Part shown: piece by piece, positions 40,852 to 51,589 of the stretch | Layout: each line of letters opens with the position of its first letter | Numbering within the stretch: the first letter of the stretch is position 1 | Source of the DNA: Eubacteriales bacterium | GTDB lineage: Bacteria > Bacillota > Clostridia > Peptostreptococcales > Anaerovoracaceae | Assembly (NCBI GenBank): GCA_028872475.1 | Contig: JAQYMQ010000013.1 | Coordinates: forward strand, 35,407 to 99,406 | Direction: 5' to 3' | DNA length: 64,000 bases | The notes under the pieces: generated by a model | The model's database searches: none | Seen by the model: only the letters and a program-made list of their open reading frames with translations | Told to the model about the DNA's origin: nothing | Program-made: the position numbers and the translations under genes

Positions 40852-41621
40852 TGCTTGAAGTACAAAATCTTACATTTTCATATGGAAAAAATAAGGTTTT
40901 AGATAATGTGAATTTTAAACTAGATTATGGAAAATTAGTTTGCTTGTTGGGAGAAAATGGAGCAGGTAAAAGCACATTATTTAAATGTATTTTGCAATTG
41001 TATGATAATTATGCTGGCGTGGTTGCGGTTAATTCAAAAAATCTAAAAAAGATGAAACATACGAAAATTGCTAAGTATTTATCATATATTCCGCAAGAAC
41101 ATAAAGGTGTGTTCAACTATACTGTTGAACAGGTTGTTTTGATGAGTACTACAAATGAGTCTATGTTTAAAAGACCTGGAAAAAAAGAAATAAAACGGAT
41201 GGAAGATGCCTTAGAAAAAATTAATATTAAGCATTTGAGATACCGTGGATATATGGAACTTTCAGGAGGAGAAAGGCAGTTAGTGCTTGTGGCTAGAGCT
41301 CTAGCACAGGATGCAAAGATATTGATAATGGATGAGCCTACATCTAATCTTGACTTTAAAAATCAAACATATTTGATGAGTTTGTTGAAAAAACTTGCCA
41401 AGGATGGATACACTATTTTTATTTCTATACACAATCCTGATTTTGCTCTTAGATATGGAGATGAAGTTGTTGTGTTGAGTCAACGAAAAATCAGGGCAAA
41501 GGGGATTCCTGATGAAGTTATGACTAATAAATTACTCAGTGAAATCTATCAGAGTGATATAACTGTTTCAAAAATAGAAAATTCTGATAAAAAGACATGT
41601 GTTGCGAGAGTTGAGTTGTGA
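40851..41621 (+). CDS. FepC-like ABC ATP-binding protein
   Basis: GENGAGKST, LSGGERQLVLVARAL, MDEPTSNLD. Confidence 0.95.
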   Translation: MLEVQNLTFSYGKNKVLDNVNFKLDYGKLVCLLGENGAGKSTLFKCILQLYDNYAGVVAVNSKNLKKMKHTKIAKYLSYIPQEHKGVFNYTVEQVVLMSTTNESMFKRPGKKEIKRMEDALEKINIKHLRYRGYMELSGGERQLVLVARALAQDAKILIMDEPTSNLDFKNQTYLMSLLKKLAKDGYTIFISIHNPDFALRYGDEVVVLSQRKIRAKGIPDEVMTNKLLSEIYQSDITVSKIENSDKKTCVARVEL

Positions 41622-42385
41622 TGAAAACACTTTTAATAACGGGAAATATTGGAGCGGGCAAAAGCTCATTTATAAATAAAATTTTGATGGTATTGAATAT
41701 AGATTTTATAGGCTTACGAAGTGTTAGGCGATTTGAAAATAAAAAGATTATAGGTTTTGATATGTGTATTTTAGAAAACTATAATCCAATACAAACTTGG
41801 AGTATAGCACAGCTTCAGGAAGGAAAGCCTAAAATGGTAGGTGATTTTCAAAAAGCTACAGACTATTTAGATGCTATATTGAGTAATTCCGATGAAAGCA
41901 AATTGGTCTTTATTGATGAGTTAGGACGCTTTGAGCGGAATGATTTAGCTTATCTGTCAGTTATAGAGAAACTTGTTGATTCGAATGTTCCGACTATTAT
42001 ATCTTTAAAAAAGGAAGATTTGCCTTTTAATAACTATTTGATTGAAAAAGCAAAAAAAGATAAGTCTATAGAGTGTATTGATTTAGATGAATGTGATGAA
42101 GAATTCGCAAACTTATTAATATGTAGTCAGGCTACAGAAAAAATATATGATACAAAAGAAAAAATTTATTATAGCGGAAATGTACAAGCAGATTATTTTA
42201 TAGATAAGACTGATGGTGTCGATTATTTCAAAGTGTATGATATATTTAAAATGACGTCAGAAGATTTTTTTGAAAGTCGTAAATATAATGAAATGCTATA
42301 TTTTTACACGGATAATATAGATGAGATGAAGAGGGCAGCAGACATTGGGTTGATGGTGATAAGTACTCTTGATAAGAGGAGTTGA
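41618..42385 (+). CDS. P-loop NTPase (NTPase_1/THEP1-like) with a C-terminal extension
   Basis: LITGNIGAGKSS Walker A; VFIDELGRFE Walker B. Confidence 0.75.
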   Translation: MMKTLLITGNIGAGKSSFINKILMVLNIDFIGLRSVRRFENKKIIGFDMCILENYNPIQTWSIAQLQEGKPKMVGDFQKATDYLDAILSNSDESKLVFIDELGRFERNDLAYLSVIEKLVDSNVPTIISLKKEDLPFNNYLIEKAKKDKSIECIDLDECDEEFANLLICSQATEKIYDTKEKIYYSGNVQADYFIDKTDGVDYFKVYDIFKMTSEDFFESRKYNEMLYFYTDNIDEMKRAADIGLMVISTLDKRS

Positions 42386-42476
42386 AATATAAAATATATT
42401 TAGTGCATACATTTAATGTTTAGATTTAGTGGTTAGGGCATGCATTTATAAGCTGTAAAAGAATAAAAAAATACAT

Positions 42477-42504
42477 AAAAAGTCAGACGAAAGTCTGACT
42501 TTTT
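42477..42504 (+). terminator. Intrinsic terminator
   Basis: Perfect AAAAAGTCAGAC-GAAA-GTCTGACTTTTT. Confidence 0.92.
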
Positions 42505-42766
42505 GAGTTTATAGAAAAATATTTGTTGGGATTTTATTTGAATTTATAGATATATATTATTGAAAAATCGTAAGAAATATATCCACAAAGCTAATGAAGA
42601 AAGAAAAAAATAAAATATATAATAATATCCTCTTTATTTGATAATTATATCATAATTGAGTGGTGTATAAATAATGCTAATTTTTATCATATTTTATGGA
42701 AAACAGGTTTTTTTCTCTAAAATATGGGAAAATAGTATTAAGAGGAAAAACGGAAAGGAAGATATT

Positions 42767-44734
42767 ATGTCGGAGTTTAAGATTCATTCCCCATTTGGGT
42801 TAAGTGGAGATCAACCACAGGCAGTAGATGCTTTGGTTGATGGTATTTTGAGTGGGAAAAAATATCAGACGTTACAAGGTGTTACGGGGTCAGGTAAGAC
42901 TTTCACTATGGCGAATATTATAGAGAGAGTTCAAAAGCCGACACTTGTAATTGCACACAACAAGACTTTGGCAGCTCAGCTATATGGTGAGTTTAAAGAG
43001 TTTTTTCCTGAAAATGCGGTGGAATATTTTGTGTCATACTATGATTATTATCAGCCGGAGGCATATGTTCCTACTACAGATACATACATTGAAAAGGATT
43101 CGTCTATTAACGATGAAATTGATAAATTAAGACATTCGGCGACTGCGTCACTAGGAGAGAGGCGAGATGTTATTATTGTGGCGTCGGTTTCTTGTATATA
43201 TGGTCTTGGTTCGCCTATTGATTATGAAAATCAGGTGTTATCTCTTAGAGAAGGGATGATTAAGGATAGAGACGACATTCTTAGGATGCTGATAAAAATT
43301 CAGTATGACAGGAATAATCTCGGCTTTGAAAGAGGCAATTTTAGAGTTCGTGGTGATATTATAGATATTTATCCGGCAGGAAGTGAAGCAGCTGTTAGGA
43401 TTGAACTTTTCGGTGATGAAATTGAAAGCATAAAGGAAATAAATCCATTGACTGGAGAGATTATTGCTAAGAGAAAGCACGTTGCTATTTATCCGGCTTC
43501 ACATTATGTTACAAGTGATGAAAATATGACTAGGGCGATAGCTACTATTGGTGAAGAATTAAAAGAGAGAGTAGATTGGTTCTCAGATAGGGGAAAACTT
43601 CTTGAGCTTCAGCGTATAGATCAGAGGACGAGATATGATATAGAGATGCTTAGAGAAATTGGGCGTTGTAAGGGAATTGAAAACTATTCAAGACATTTAA
43701 ATGGCTTGCCTGCAGGGCAAAGACCGTATACATTAATTGACTATTTCCCTGATGATTTTTTAACTATAATTGATGAATCACATGTAATGATTCCGCAACT
43801 TTCTGCAATGTATGAGGGCGATAGATCTAGAAAATCTGCTCTTGTGGACTATGGTTTTAGATTGCCGTCGGCACTTGACAATAGACCTTTAAAATTTGCT
43901 GAATTTGAGGAAATTCATAACGATATTATCTATGTAAGTGCTACACCTTCAAAATATGAAAAAGAAAAATCCGGTGGTATTACCGTACAGCAACTTATAA
44001 GACCTACAGGACTTTTAGATCCGGAAATAGAACTTAGAAGTAAGGAATATCAGATTGATGACTTAATTGGTGAAATCAATAAGGAAGTTGAAAAAGGCTT
44101 TAGGGTGCTTGTAACAACGGTAACTAAAAAGGAAGCAGAAGCACTGACAGATTATTTAAAGGGTGTTGGCATCAAGTGTAGATATATGCACAGCGATATA
44201 GAAACATTAGAAAGAATTGAAATTACTAGGGATTTAAGGCTAGGGGTATTTGATGTTTTGATTGGAATTAACCTTTTAAGAGAGGGGTTGGACTTGCCTG
44301 AAGTAAGTTTAGTAGCAATTTTGGATGCTGATAAGGCAGGATTTTTACGAACTGAAACGTCGCTTATTCAGACGATAGGTAGGGCTGCTAGAAATGCACA
44401 AGGTCGTGTGCTTATGTATGCCGATGAGATTACTCCAGCAATGCAGTCTGCTATGGATGAAACAGCTAGAAGAAGAAAAATTCAAAAAGAATATAACGAT
44501 AAATATGGCATTGTTCCAACTACAGTTGTAAAAGATATAAGGGAATCCATACATATTACTGATAGCGTGGAAGATGAATCTACTAAGTTGCGTCCTAATG
44601 AGATGACAAAACAAGAACTTAAGAAATACGTTAAGAATATTGAAAAGGAAATGCGTGAAGCCGCAAAGAACCTTGAGTTTGAAAAGGCGGCACTGCTCAG
44701 GGATACGTTATTTGAATATAAGAAGGAATTATAA
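42767..44734 (+). CDS. uvrB: Excinuclease ABC subunit B
   Basis: [38 protein letters not shown]; ATG 42767 after GGAAAGGA. Confidence 0.99.
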   Translation: MSEFKIHSPFGLSGDQPQAVDALVDGILSGKKYQTLQGVTGSGKTFTMANIIERVQKPTLVIAHNKTLAAQLYGEFKEFFPENAVEYFVSYYDYYQPEAYVPTTDTYIEKDSSINDEIDKLRHSATASLGERRDVIIVASVSCIYGLGSPIDYENQVLSLREGMIKDRDDILRMLIKIQYDRNNLGFERGNFRVRGDIIDIYPAGSEAAVRIELFGDEIESIKEINPLTGEIIAKRKHVAIYPASHYVTSDENMTRAIATIGEELKERVDWFSDRGKLLELQRIDQRTRYDIEMLREIGRCKGIENYSRHLNGLPAGQRPYTLIDYFPDDFLTIIDESHVMIPQLSAMYEGDRSRKSALVDYGFRLPSALDNRPLKFAEFEEIHNDIIYVSATPSKYEKEKSGGITVQQLIRPTGLLDPEIELRSKEYQIDDLIGEINKEVEKGFRVLVTTVTKKEAEALTDYLKGVGIKCRYMHSDIETLERIEITRDLRLGVFDVLIGINLLREGLDLPEVSLVAILDADKAGFLRTETSLIQTIGRAARNAQGRVLMYADEITPAMQSAMDETARRRKIQKEYNDKYGIVPTTVVKDIRESIHITDSVEDESTKLRPNEMTKQELKKYVKNIEKEMREAAKNLEFEKAALLRDTLFEYKKEL

Positions 44735-44958
44735 TGCTTTAGTTTTAAATAATATTTAACTAATGTTTCGTTAATATTTCGCATAACAAATATATATTAG
44801 AGGAAATGCAATATGTTATCAATGATATATGTATTAAATTATATTTGTATTTTAAATTATGTTTGTATTGACAGTTAATGAAATAATTCCATAGTTCATA
44901 GATTTATATAAAAAATAATTCGATAACTTTTAGAAGAAAAGAAAAAAGAGGAAATAAA

Positions 44959-47799
44959 TTGCAAAAAGATATTATTATTCGCGGCGCAAGAGCCAATAAT
45001 TTAAAGAATATAAATTTGACTTTGCCTAGAGATAAATTTATTGTATTGACAGGTTTATCAGGTTCGGGAAAGAGTTCTCTTGCTTTTGATACGATTTATG
45101 CTGAGGGACAAAGACGTTATGTAGAGAGTTTATCTGCATATGCCAGACAGTTTTTGGGTCAGATGGACAAACCTGAAGTTGACTATATTGAGGGGCTTTC
45201 ACCTGCTATTTCAATAGACCAAAAGACTACAAATAAGAATCCCAGATCTACAGTCGGTACGGTAACTGAGATATATGATTATCTGAGACTTCTTTATGCG
45301 AGGGTTGGTATTGCACATTGCCATATTTGTGGTAAGGAAATTTCTTCTGTTGCTTTAGATCAGATTGTTGATGAATTAATGGCATTGCCGGAAAAAAGCA
45401 AGTTAACTATATTAGCTCCTGTTGTAAATCAGAAAAAAGGTAGACACGAAAAAGTATTAGATAGGATTTTGCGAGAGGGTTTTGTTAGAGCTAGAGTTGA
45501 TGGTCAGGTATATTCTTTAGAAGATGAAGAAATAAAATTAGAAAAGAATATAAAGCATACTATTGAAATCGTTATTGATAGAGTTGTAGTTAGGGAAGGC
45601 GTAGAAGGAAGACTGAGTGAAGCCTGTGATATGGCAATAGAACACGGTAATGGACTTATAATTGCTCTCGTGAATGACGGTGAAAATGAATATGAAAAGC
45701 TTTTTAGTACACTATTGTCTTGTCCTGACCATGGCGTAGGCTTGGAAGAAAAAGAGCCTCGTACCTTTTCTTTTAATAGTCCATTTGGAGCTTGTCCTAC
45801 GTGTGCGGGTCTAGGTGTAATTGAGGAAATTGATCCTGAGTTATTAATTGAAGATGAAAACTTAAGTATATATGATGGCGTTTTTGGAACAGCATTTGCC
45901 TCAATGAGCGACGGACGATTTTATAGACAGATTATTGATGTCTTGATGGCAGAGTATGACTGTGATGTGTATATGCCATATAAAGATATTCCAACTGAAC
46001 TAAAAAACGAGCTTCTTTATGGAACAGGTGATAGAAATATCTCTTATGAATACAGAAGTATGCGAACGGGAATTGTTTCTAGTCGTAGCAATCCTTTTGA
46101 GGGAGTAATTCCTAACTTGCAGAGACGATATATTGAGACTGATTCTGAGTTTATAAAGGAAAAAATCAAGAAATATATGTCTGACACGACTTGTCCAACT
46201 TGTAATGGGAAGAGACTGAAGCCGGAAGTATTAGCTGTTACAGTGGGAGGAAGGAATATTTATGAAATATGTGAGATGCCTATTACAGATACTTTAGAGT
46301 TTTTTAGCAATTTGGAGCTTGAAGAAAAAGAGCAGAAGATTGCTGCTGAAATATTGAAGGAAATCAACGCAAGGTTAACATTTTTAATTGATGTTGGATT
46401 AGATTATTTAATGCTTTCAAGAAAGGCTTCAACGTTATCTGGTGGAGAATCGCAGAGAATCAGGCTTGCGACACAGATAGGTTCTAAATTAATAGGTGTA
46501 TTGTATATACTTGATGAGCCAAGTATTGGTTTGCATCAAAAAGATAATGATAGATTGCTTGCTTCACTGAGAGAACTTACAGATATAGGCAATACTTTAA
46601 TTGTTGTAGAACACGATGAAGACACAATGAATGAAGCTGATTATATTGTGGATATTGGACCTTATGCAGGTGTTCACGGTGGTGAAGTTGTTGCTGAGGG
46701 AACGATTGAAGATATTAAAAATAATCCGGCTTCTATTACCGGACAATTTCTTTCGGGAAAGAGAAAGATTGAAATTCCTGAAACAAGGAGAAAAGGTAAT
46801 GGAGAATTTATAAAAATTGTCGGTGCTAGTGAAAATAATTTAAAAAATATTGATGTGGAGATTCCTCTTGGAACCCTAACCTGTGTTACAGGCGTTTCCG
46901 GGTCAGGTAAATCCAGTTTAATTAACGAAATATTATTTAAGTCATTATCAAATAAATTAAATAGAGCGAGGATAAAACCAGGCAAGCATAAGGAAATATT
47001 AGGTATTGAGCATTTGAACAAGGTAATTGATGTGAATCAGGAGCCTATTGGTAGGACGCCACGTTCAAATCCTGCTACATATACTGGTGTGTTTACACAT
47101 ATAAGGGATTTGTTTGAAAAGATGCCTGAGGCAAAATTGCGAGGCTATACTAAGAGTAGATTCAGCTTTAATGTTAAAGGTGGAAGATGTGAGGCTTGCA
47201 AAGGAGACGGCATTATAAAGATTGAGATGCATTTCTTGCCGGATATGTATGTTGTGTGTGATGTTTGTCAAGGAAAGAGATATAACAGGGAAACTCTAGA
47301 AGTTAAGTATCGCGGAAAAAGTATTTATGACGTTCTTAATATGACGGTTGAAGAGGCGGTAGAATTTTTTGAACATATTCCTGCAGTAAAGAATAAGATT
47401 GATGTATTAAATGAAGTAGGTCTTGGTTATATAAAGTTGGGACAGCCATCTACAGAATTGTCAGGTGGAGAGGCTCAAAGAATTAAACTTGCGACAGAAC
47501 TTTCTAAAAGAGGTAGTACAAATAATATATATATTCTCGATGAGCCGACAACAGGTTTGCATTTTGCTGATATCGAAAAGATTAATGATGTGTTAAATAA
47601 ATTGGTTGATTCAGGAAATACGGTTGTAGTTATTGAGCATAACCTTGATGTTATTAAGATTGCTGACCATATTATTGATCTTGGTCCAGAAGGTGGTATT
47701 CGCGGTGGCGAAATTGTTGCAATCGGTACGCCTGAAGAAGTTGCACAGAATCAGAAGTCTGCAACGGGATATTATATAAAGAAGGTTTTAAATAAGTAA
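44959..47799 (+). CDS. uvrA: Excinuclease ABC subunit A
   Basis: [23 protein letters not shown], two ABC domains, zinc fingers. Confidence 0.99.
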   Translation: MQKDIIIRGARANNLKNINLTLPRDKFIVLTGLSGSGKSSLAFDTIYAEGQRRYVESLSAYARQFLGQMDKPEVDYIEGLSPAISIDQKTTNKNPRSTVGTVTEIYDYLRLLYARVGIAHCHICGKEISSVALDQIVDELMALPEKSKLTILAPVVNQKKGRHEKVLDRILREGFVRARVDGQVYSLEDEEIKLEKNIKHTIEIVIDRVVVREGVEGRLSEACDMAIEHGNGLIIALVNDGENEYEKLFSTLLSCPDHGVGLEEKEPRTFSFNSPFGACPTCAGLGVIEEIDPELLIEDENLSIYDGVFGTAFASMSDGRFYRQIIDVLMAEYDCDVYMPYKDIPTELKNELLYGTGDRNISYEYRSMRTGIVSSRSNPFEGVIPNLQRRYIETDSEFIKEKIKKYMSDTTCPTCNGKRLKPEVLAVTVGGRNIYEICEMPITDTLEFFSNLELEEKEQKIAAEILKEINARLTFLIDVGLDYLMLSRKASTLSGGESQRIRLATQIGSKLIGVLYILDEPSIGLHQKDNDRLLASLRELTDIGNTLIVVEHDEDTMNEADYIVDIGPYAGVHGGEVVAEGTIEDIKNNPASITGQFLSGKRKIEIPETRRKGNGEFIKIVGASENNLKNIDVEIPLGTLTCVTGVSGSGKSSLINEILFKSLSNKLNRARIKPGKHKEILGIEHLNKVIDVNQEPIGRTPRSNPATYTGVFTHIRDLFEKMPEAKLRGYTKSRFSFNVKGGRCEACKGDGIIKIEMHFLPDMYVVCDVCQGKRYNRETLEVKYRGKSIYDVLNMTVEEAVEFFEHIPAVKNKIDVLNEVGLGYIKLGQPSTELSGGEAQRIKLATELSKRGSTNNIYILDEPTTGLHFADIEKINDVLNKLVDSGNTVVVIEHNLDVIKIADHIIDLGPEGGIRGGEIVAIGTPEEVAQNQKSATGYYIKKVLNK

Positions 47800-47899
47800 A
47801 CTTTGAGAATTAAGAGAAATAAAGTATAATACATATTGGATTGATAGTTAGACAATAATTTTGAAGAGTTTTCGATTGTTGAAATCTAAGGAGAGCATA

Positions 47900-49096
47900 A
47901 TGCTAAAAGATAAAAACATTTTAATAGGTGTAACTGGTGGTATTGCAATATATAAGATATGTGCATTAGTAAGTAGCCTAAAAAAAGAGGGTGCTAATAT
48001 TAAGGTTATTATGACTGATAATGCTATGGAATTTGTAATGCCTCTTATTTTTGAAAGCCTTACAGGTAATAAGTGTTATACAGATACTTTTGACAGAAAT
48101 TTTGAGAGAAGCGTGGAACATATTGAACTTGCTAAGTGGGCAGATGTGTTTTTAGTTGCTCCGGCTACGGCTAATACAATAGCTAAACTTTCTTATGGGA
48201 TTGCAGATAATATGTTAACTACTGTATTTTTGGCATCTAAATGCAAAAAGATTATTGCTCCGGCAATGAATGTCAATATGTATGAGAATCCTTTGACAAG
48301 AGAAAATATGCTAAAGTTAGAACAACAGGGTATGATTGTAATTCCTGCTGATTCAGGTTATCTCGCTTGTGGGGATATTGGAGCTGGTAAAATGCCGGAG
48401 CCGGAATTATTACAGGCATATATTGAACGAGAAGTATCTTATGAAAAAGACTTGCTTGGAGTTAAGGTTCTTGTCACTGCGGGTGCCACAATGGAAGCTA
48501 TGGATCCAGTTAGATATATTACAAATCACTCTACAGGCAAAATGGGTTTTGCCATAGCAAAAGCTGTTATAGATAGGGGCGGAGAAGTAGTTTTAGTTAA
48601 GGCGAATACAAGTGCTAAGATACCTGCATTTGTTAAGGTTGAGGAAGTTAAATCTGCAAATGATATGCTGGAAAAGGTGCTTGAGTATAGCGACAATATG
48701 GATGTTATCATAAAGGCTGCCGCAGTTTCTGACTATAGAGTTAAAAATATTGCAGATGATAAGATAAAGAAAAGTGGGGAAAAGGTAGTTTTAGAATTTG
48801 AAAAGAATCAGGATATTCTTAAGACGTTGGGTTCTCAGAAAAAACAAGGACAAATTTTATGTGGATTTTCAATGGAAACAAAGGATATGCTCGAAAATTC
48901 TACTAAAAAATTAATCGCCAAAAATGCTGATTTAATTATTGCTAATAATTTAAAGGATACAGGCGCAGGTTTTGCAACTGATACAAATAAGGTTACTATT
49001 ATAGACAAGGACGGACATGAACAGTTAGAACTCATGTCTAAGGAAGCTGTTGCACATACAATTCTAGATAGGATAATAGAAATTAAAAATTCTTAA
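47900..49096 (+). CDS. coaBC: Bifunctional phosphopantothenoylcysteine decarboxylase/synthase
   Basis: GVTGGIAIYK, APATAN, LACGDIGAGKM, DPVRYITNHSTGKMG, AAAVSDY. Confidence 0.97.
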   Translation: MLKDKNILIGVTGGIAIYKICALVSSLKKEGANIKVIMTDNAMEFVMPLIFESLTGNKCYTDTFDRNFERSVEHIELAKWADVFLVAPATANTIAKLSYGIADNMLTTVFLASKCKKIIAPAMNVNMYENPLTRENMLKLEQQGMIVIPADSGYLACGDIGAGKMPEPELLQAYIEREVSYEKDLLGVKVLVTAGATMEAMDPVRYITNHSTGKMGFAIAKAVIDRGGEVVLVKANTSAKIPAFVKVEEVKSANDMLEKVLEYSDNMDVIIKAAAVSDYRVKNIADDKIKKSGEKVVLEFEKNQDILKTLGSQKKQGQILCGFSMETKDMLENSTKKLIAKNADLIIANNLKDTGAGFATDTNKVTIIDKDGHEQLELMSKEAVAHTILDRIIEIKNS

Positions 49097-49153
49097 ATTT
49101 TTTAGATAATTCATATATTCTAATTGATGTCATTAAATTGAAATATTTTAAAT

Positions 49154-49185
49154 AAAAAGGTTCTGTTGTAAAATAGAGCCTTTTT
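49154..49185 (+). terminator. Intrinsic terminator after coaBC
   Basis: AAAAAGGTTCTGTT...AATAGAGCCTTTTT. Confidence 0.75.
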
Positions 49186-49297
49186 GTATAAAATGTATTC
49201 TTGAATTGTTTTTCAATACAGAATAAAAATAATAGTAGTGGTATGATTTTGAGGGTCAACAATAATTGATGTGATATTAGCTTATGGGAGTATTAAT

Positions 49298-49733
49298 ATG
49301 AAGTTAAAAGTATATAAGTTGGAAAAATTTAATTTGGGGTATAATAGGGCTTGCTATATCTGCGTTTATATTATTTGATATGATACAAAGTGGTAGAACT
49401 AGTCTATTTCGTATAACTATAGTAGTGGGAATTGTAATCTTTGATGTTCCATAAATTTTATCAGCATTTTCAAACGAAGAGGAAGAATATAATGGAAGTA
49501 TAGAAGAAAGACTTAAAAAAGCTGAGGAATCAGAAAAATTTTATGCTATAAATAATGTTGTTAGCGTTGTCTTGCAAACAATTGGATTAATTGTATTTTG
49601 TATAATTAAAAATTGGACTGTATTATTATTCGTTTTACCTCTGTTATTACATACTGCAATAACATATATAATACAAGTTATTTATAGTGGATATATTATG
49701 GGTAAAGTGATTAAAAATAGTAAAGATAAATAA
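49298..49733 (+). pseudogene. Disrupted small multi-TM membrane protein gene
   Basis: RBS GGGAG plus ATG 49298; apparent frameshift at A5 (49323-49327); in-frame TAA 49452-49454; hydrophobic frame continues 92 codons to TAA 49733. Confidence 0.6.
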
Positions 49734-49743
49734 TGGAATATAT

Positions 49744-49787
49744 AATGAAAGACACCCACAACTTTTGGTTGAGGGTGTCTTTCATTT
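49744..49787 (-). terminator. Terminator downstream of hydA
   Basis: AATGAAAGACACCC...GGGTGTCTTTCATT, 14-bp perfect arms. Confidence 0.85.
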
Positions 49788-49824
49788 CAAAAAGAAGGTA
49801 TAAAATATTGAGAAAATTTAATAA

Positions 49825-51576
49825 TTATGCTTCGTCATATTTTTTTCTAGCATGGAAGTGAGTATGTAATAAGTCATGTGCTTTTTGTCCATAATAAGGC
49901 TCTCCTAGGAATTCCTTATATAACTGCTGAAGTTCAGGATTTTCATGGGCTTTTCTAATTTTTTTATCCGAGTCAATTTGATATATTGCATTCATTCTCT
50001 TATTGAGGATATCTATATCACCTCTTATATACGGCTGACCACCACCATCGATGCATCCACCAGGACAAGCCATAATTTCTATTAGATGATATTCTTTTTC
50101 GCCATTTCTAACCATTTCTAGCAGTTTTCTTGCATTGCCTAAACCACTTGCAACAGCAATATTTATATTAGTACCGTTGATATTTACAGTAGCTTCTTTA
50201 ATATTTTCAAACCCTCTAAGTGGAGTGAAATTAACATCTTGTAAGCTTTCGCCTGTAATTAAATCGTATGCAGTACGTAATGATGCTTCTGCAACGCCGC
50301 CAGTAGCTCCGAAGATAGCTGCTGCACCAGTAGACTGTCCCATAAATCTATCAAATTCAGAGTCTGGTAGAGAAGTAAAATCAAGAGTAGCCTCGGAGAT
50401 CATTCTTGCAAGCTCTCTAGTTGATATTACAATATCTACGTCTGACGTGCCAATTTGTTGGTTAGACAATTCTGGTCTGGCTGATTCATATTTTTTAGCA
50501 ACGCAAGGCATTACTGAAACGACTATAATGTCTTTAGGATTTTTGCCTATTTTTTCTGCAAAATATGTTTTTGCTAGAGCTCCGAACATTTCGTGAGGTG
50601 ATTTGCAAGAAGATGGAATATCTACTAAATCGCCAAAATTATGTTCCACAAACTTTATCCAAGAAGGACAACAACTTGTTAGGATAGGTAGAGTGCCACC
50701 ATTTTTGAATCTATCAATAAATTCAGATGCTTCTTCCATTACTGTAACATCTGCTGCAAAGTTTGTATCAAATACATAGTCAAATCCAAGAGCTTTTAAT
50801 GCACTCACCATTTTGCCTGTAATTATTGAGCCAGCTTCCATACCGAATTCTTCGCCTAAGGCAACACGTACGGCAGGGGCAACTTGTACAATTACTGTCT
50901 TTTCAGAATCTAGAGCATTCCATACTTGAGATGTATTGTCAACTTCTGTTAAAGCTCCTGTAGGGCATACTGATACACATTGTCCGCAGAATGTACATAC
51001 AGTTTCGTGCATTGGATGATCAAAGGCAGTTCCTACAACCGTATCAAATCCACGGCCTACATCAGTTAAAACTCCTACTGTTTGTATATCATTACACATA
51101 GTTTCGCATCTCTTACATAGAATACATTTGTTCATATCGCGTACTAATGACAATGATGTGTCGTCGATTTTGCAGTTGTGTTGTTTACCGTTGAATCGAA
51201 CAGAACGGATGTTATTTTCGTTAGCTAAGTTTTGTAGTTCGCAGTGACCGCTTTTTGCACATACAAGGCAATCTTTTGGGTGGTCTGATAATAAAAGTTC
51301 TATCATTATCCTTCTTGTTCTTATAACTTTTAATGTATCAGTTCTTACGTCAAGCCCTTCCCATACACGAGTTGCGCATGCAGGAATTAATTTGCCGTTT
51401 TTTGTGTTTTCAACCATACACACACGACATGATGCAGTTTCGCTATTTACATTGATATCGTGAAGATTAAGATGGCAAAGAGTAGGAATTAATATATTTA
51501 GCTTTTTGGCAGCTTCTAAGATAGTGGTTCCTTCTTCAACCATTATTGGTTTATTATTTATTGTTATAGAAATCAT
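49825..51576 (-). CDS. hydA: [FeFe]-hydrogenase catalytic subunit (group A, multimeric)
   Basis: H-cluster motifs TSCCPSW, MPCVAKKYE, EIMACPGGCIDGGGQ; N-terminal 2Fe-2S, HxxxCxxC and 2x4Fe-4S motifs. Confidence 0.96.
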   Translation of the reverse strand: MISITINNKPIMVEEGTTILEAAKKLNILIPTLCHLNLHDINVNSETASCRVCMVENTKNGKLIPACATRVWEGLDVRTDTLKVIRTRRIMIELLLSDHPKDCLVCAKSGHCELQNLANENNIRSVRFNGKQHNCKIDDTSLSLVRDMNKCILCKRCETMCNDIQTVGVLTDVGRGFDTVVGTAFDHPMHETVCTFCGQCVSVCPTGALTEVDNTSQVWNALDSEKTVIVQVAPAVRVALGEEFGMEAGSIITGKMVSALKALGFDYVFDTNFAADVTVMEEASEFIDRFKNGGTLPILTSCCPSWIKFVEHNFGDLVDIPSSCKSPHEMFGALAKTYFAEKIGKNPKDIIVVSVMPCVAKKYESARPELSNQQIGTSDVDIVISTRELARMISEATLDFTSLPDSEFDRFMGQSTGAAAIFGATGGVAEASLRTAYDLITGESLQDVNFTPLRGFENIKEATVNINGTNINIAVASGLGNARKLLEMVRNGEKEYHLIEIMACPGGCIDGGGQPYIRGDIDILNKRMNAIYQIDSDKKIRKAHENPELQQLYKEFLGEPYYGQKAHDLLHTHFHARKKYDEA

Positions 51577-51589
51577 CTAGACACCTCCA

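Noticed and set aside
42699-42710. GAAAACAGGTTT as a LexA (SOS) box upstream of uvrB
   Set aside because: Mismatched to GAAC-N4-GTTY, and no comparable box was found before uvrA.
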